A stretch of DNA of 64,000 nt from the human T2T-CHM13v2.0 reference genome, Homo sapiens. The notes under the pieces were generated by a model, which searched no databases, was not told the origin of the DNA, and saw only the letters and a program-made list of their open reading frames with translations. Positions 63,864-64,000 of this stretch are shown piece by piece. A program made the translations under genes and the position numbers. The stretch lies in the NCBI RefSeq assembly GCF_009914755.1, contig NC_060926.1; one strand, given 5' to 3'. Within the stretch, counting starts at the first letter, position 1, and each line of letters begins with the position of its first letter.

Positions 63864-64000
63864 CTAAGTGGGATGGGAAAGGCAGCGGCAGTCGGGGAGA
63901 CAGTGCAGAGAGGGAAAAGAGATCAGCAGCTGGAAAAACAGAGAAAGCCCACAAGCTCCCCAAAAGAGGCTCCCTGAGGGACTTCTCATTTTCTTGAGCG

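Overview
Human genomic DNA from inside the TNS1 (tensin 1) gene, transcribed on the minus strand; the gene runs off both ends of the window. Nine coding exons join in frame through GT-AG junctions (63747-63863, 30373-31950, 18876-19072, 17952-18027, 14308-14400, 13220-13243, 12697-12735, 4595-4793, 545-1614). They encode the end of the PTP/C2 region and most of the disordered central region before the SH2-PTB domains; two are microexons (24 and 39 nt). The rest is intron with Alu, L1, L2, MIR, MER and MLT elements and microsatellites. Main non-obvious signals: (1) a hidden in-frame 87-nt exon with a ~190-nt AG-free zone and a distant branch point; (2) a ~1.2-kb intronic module where an alternative exon/terminal exon with stop and AATAAA is followed by a G-rich repeat, a UG repeat and an exon with a near-consensus donor, which could split TNS1 into N- and C-terminal halves; (3) a UG-repeat cryptic exon with TDP-43-type architecture; (4) a minisatellite with six UGCAUG motifs; (5) local templated-duplication scars. 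Repeat subfamily names come from recalled consensus sequences and their boundaries are approximate.
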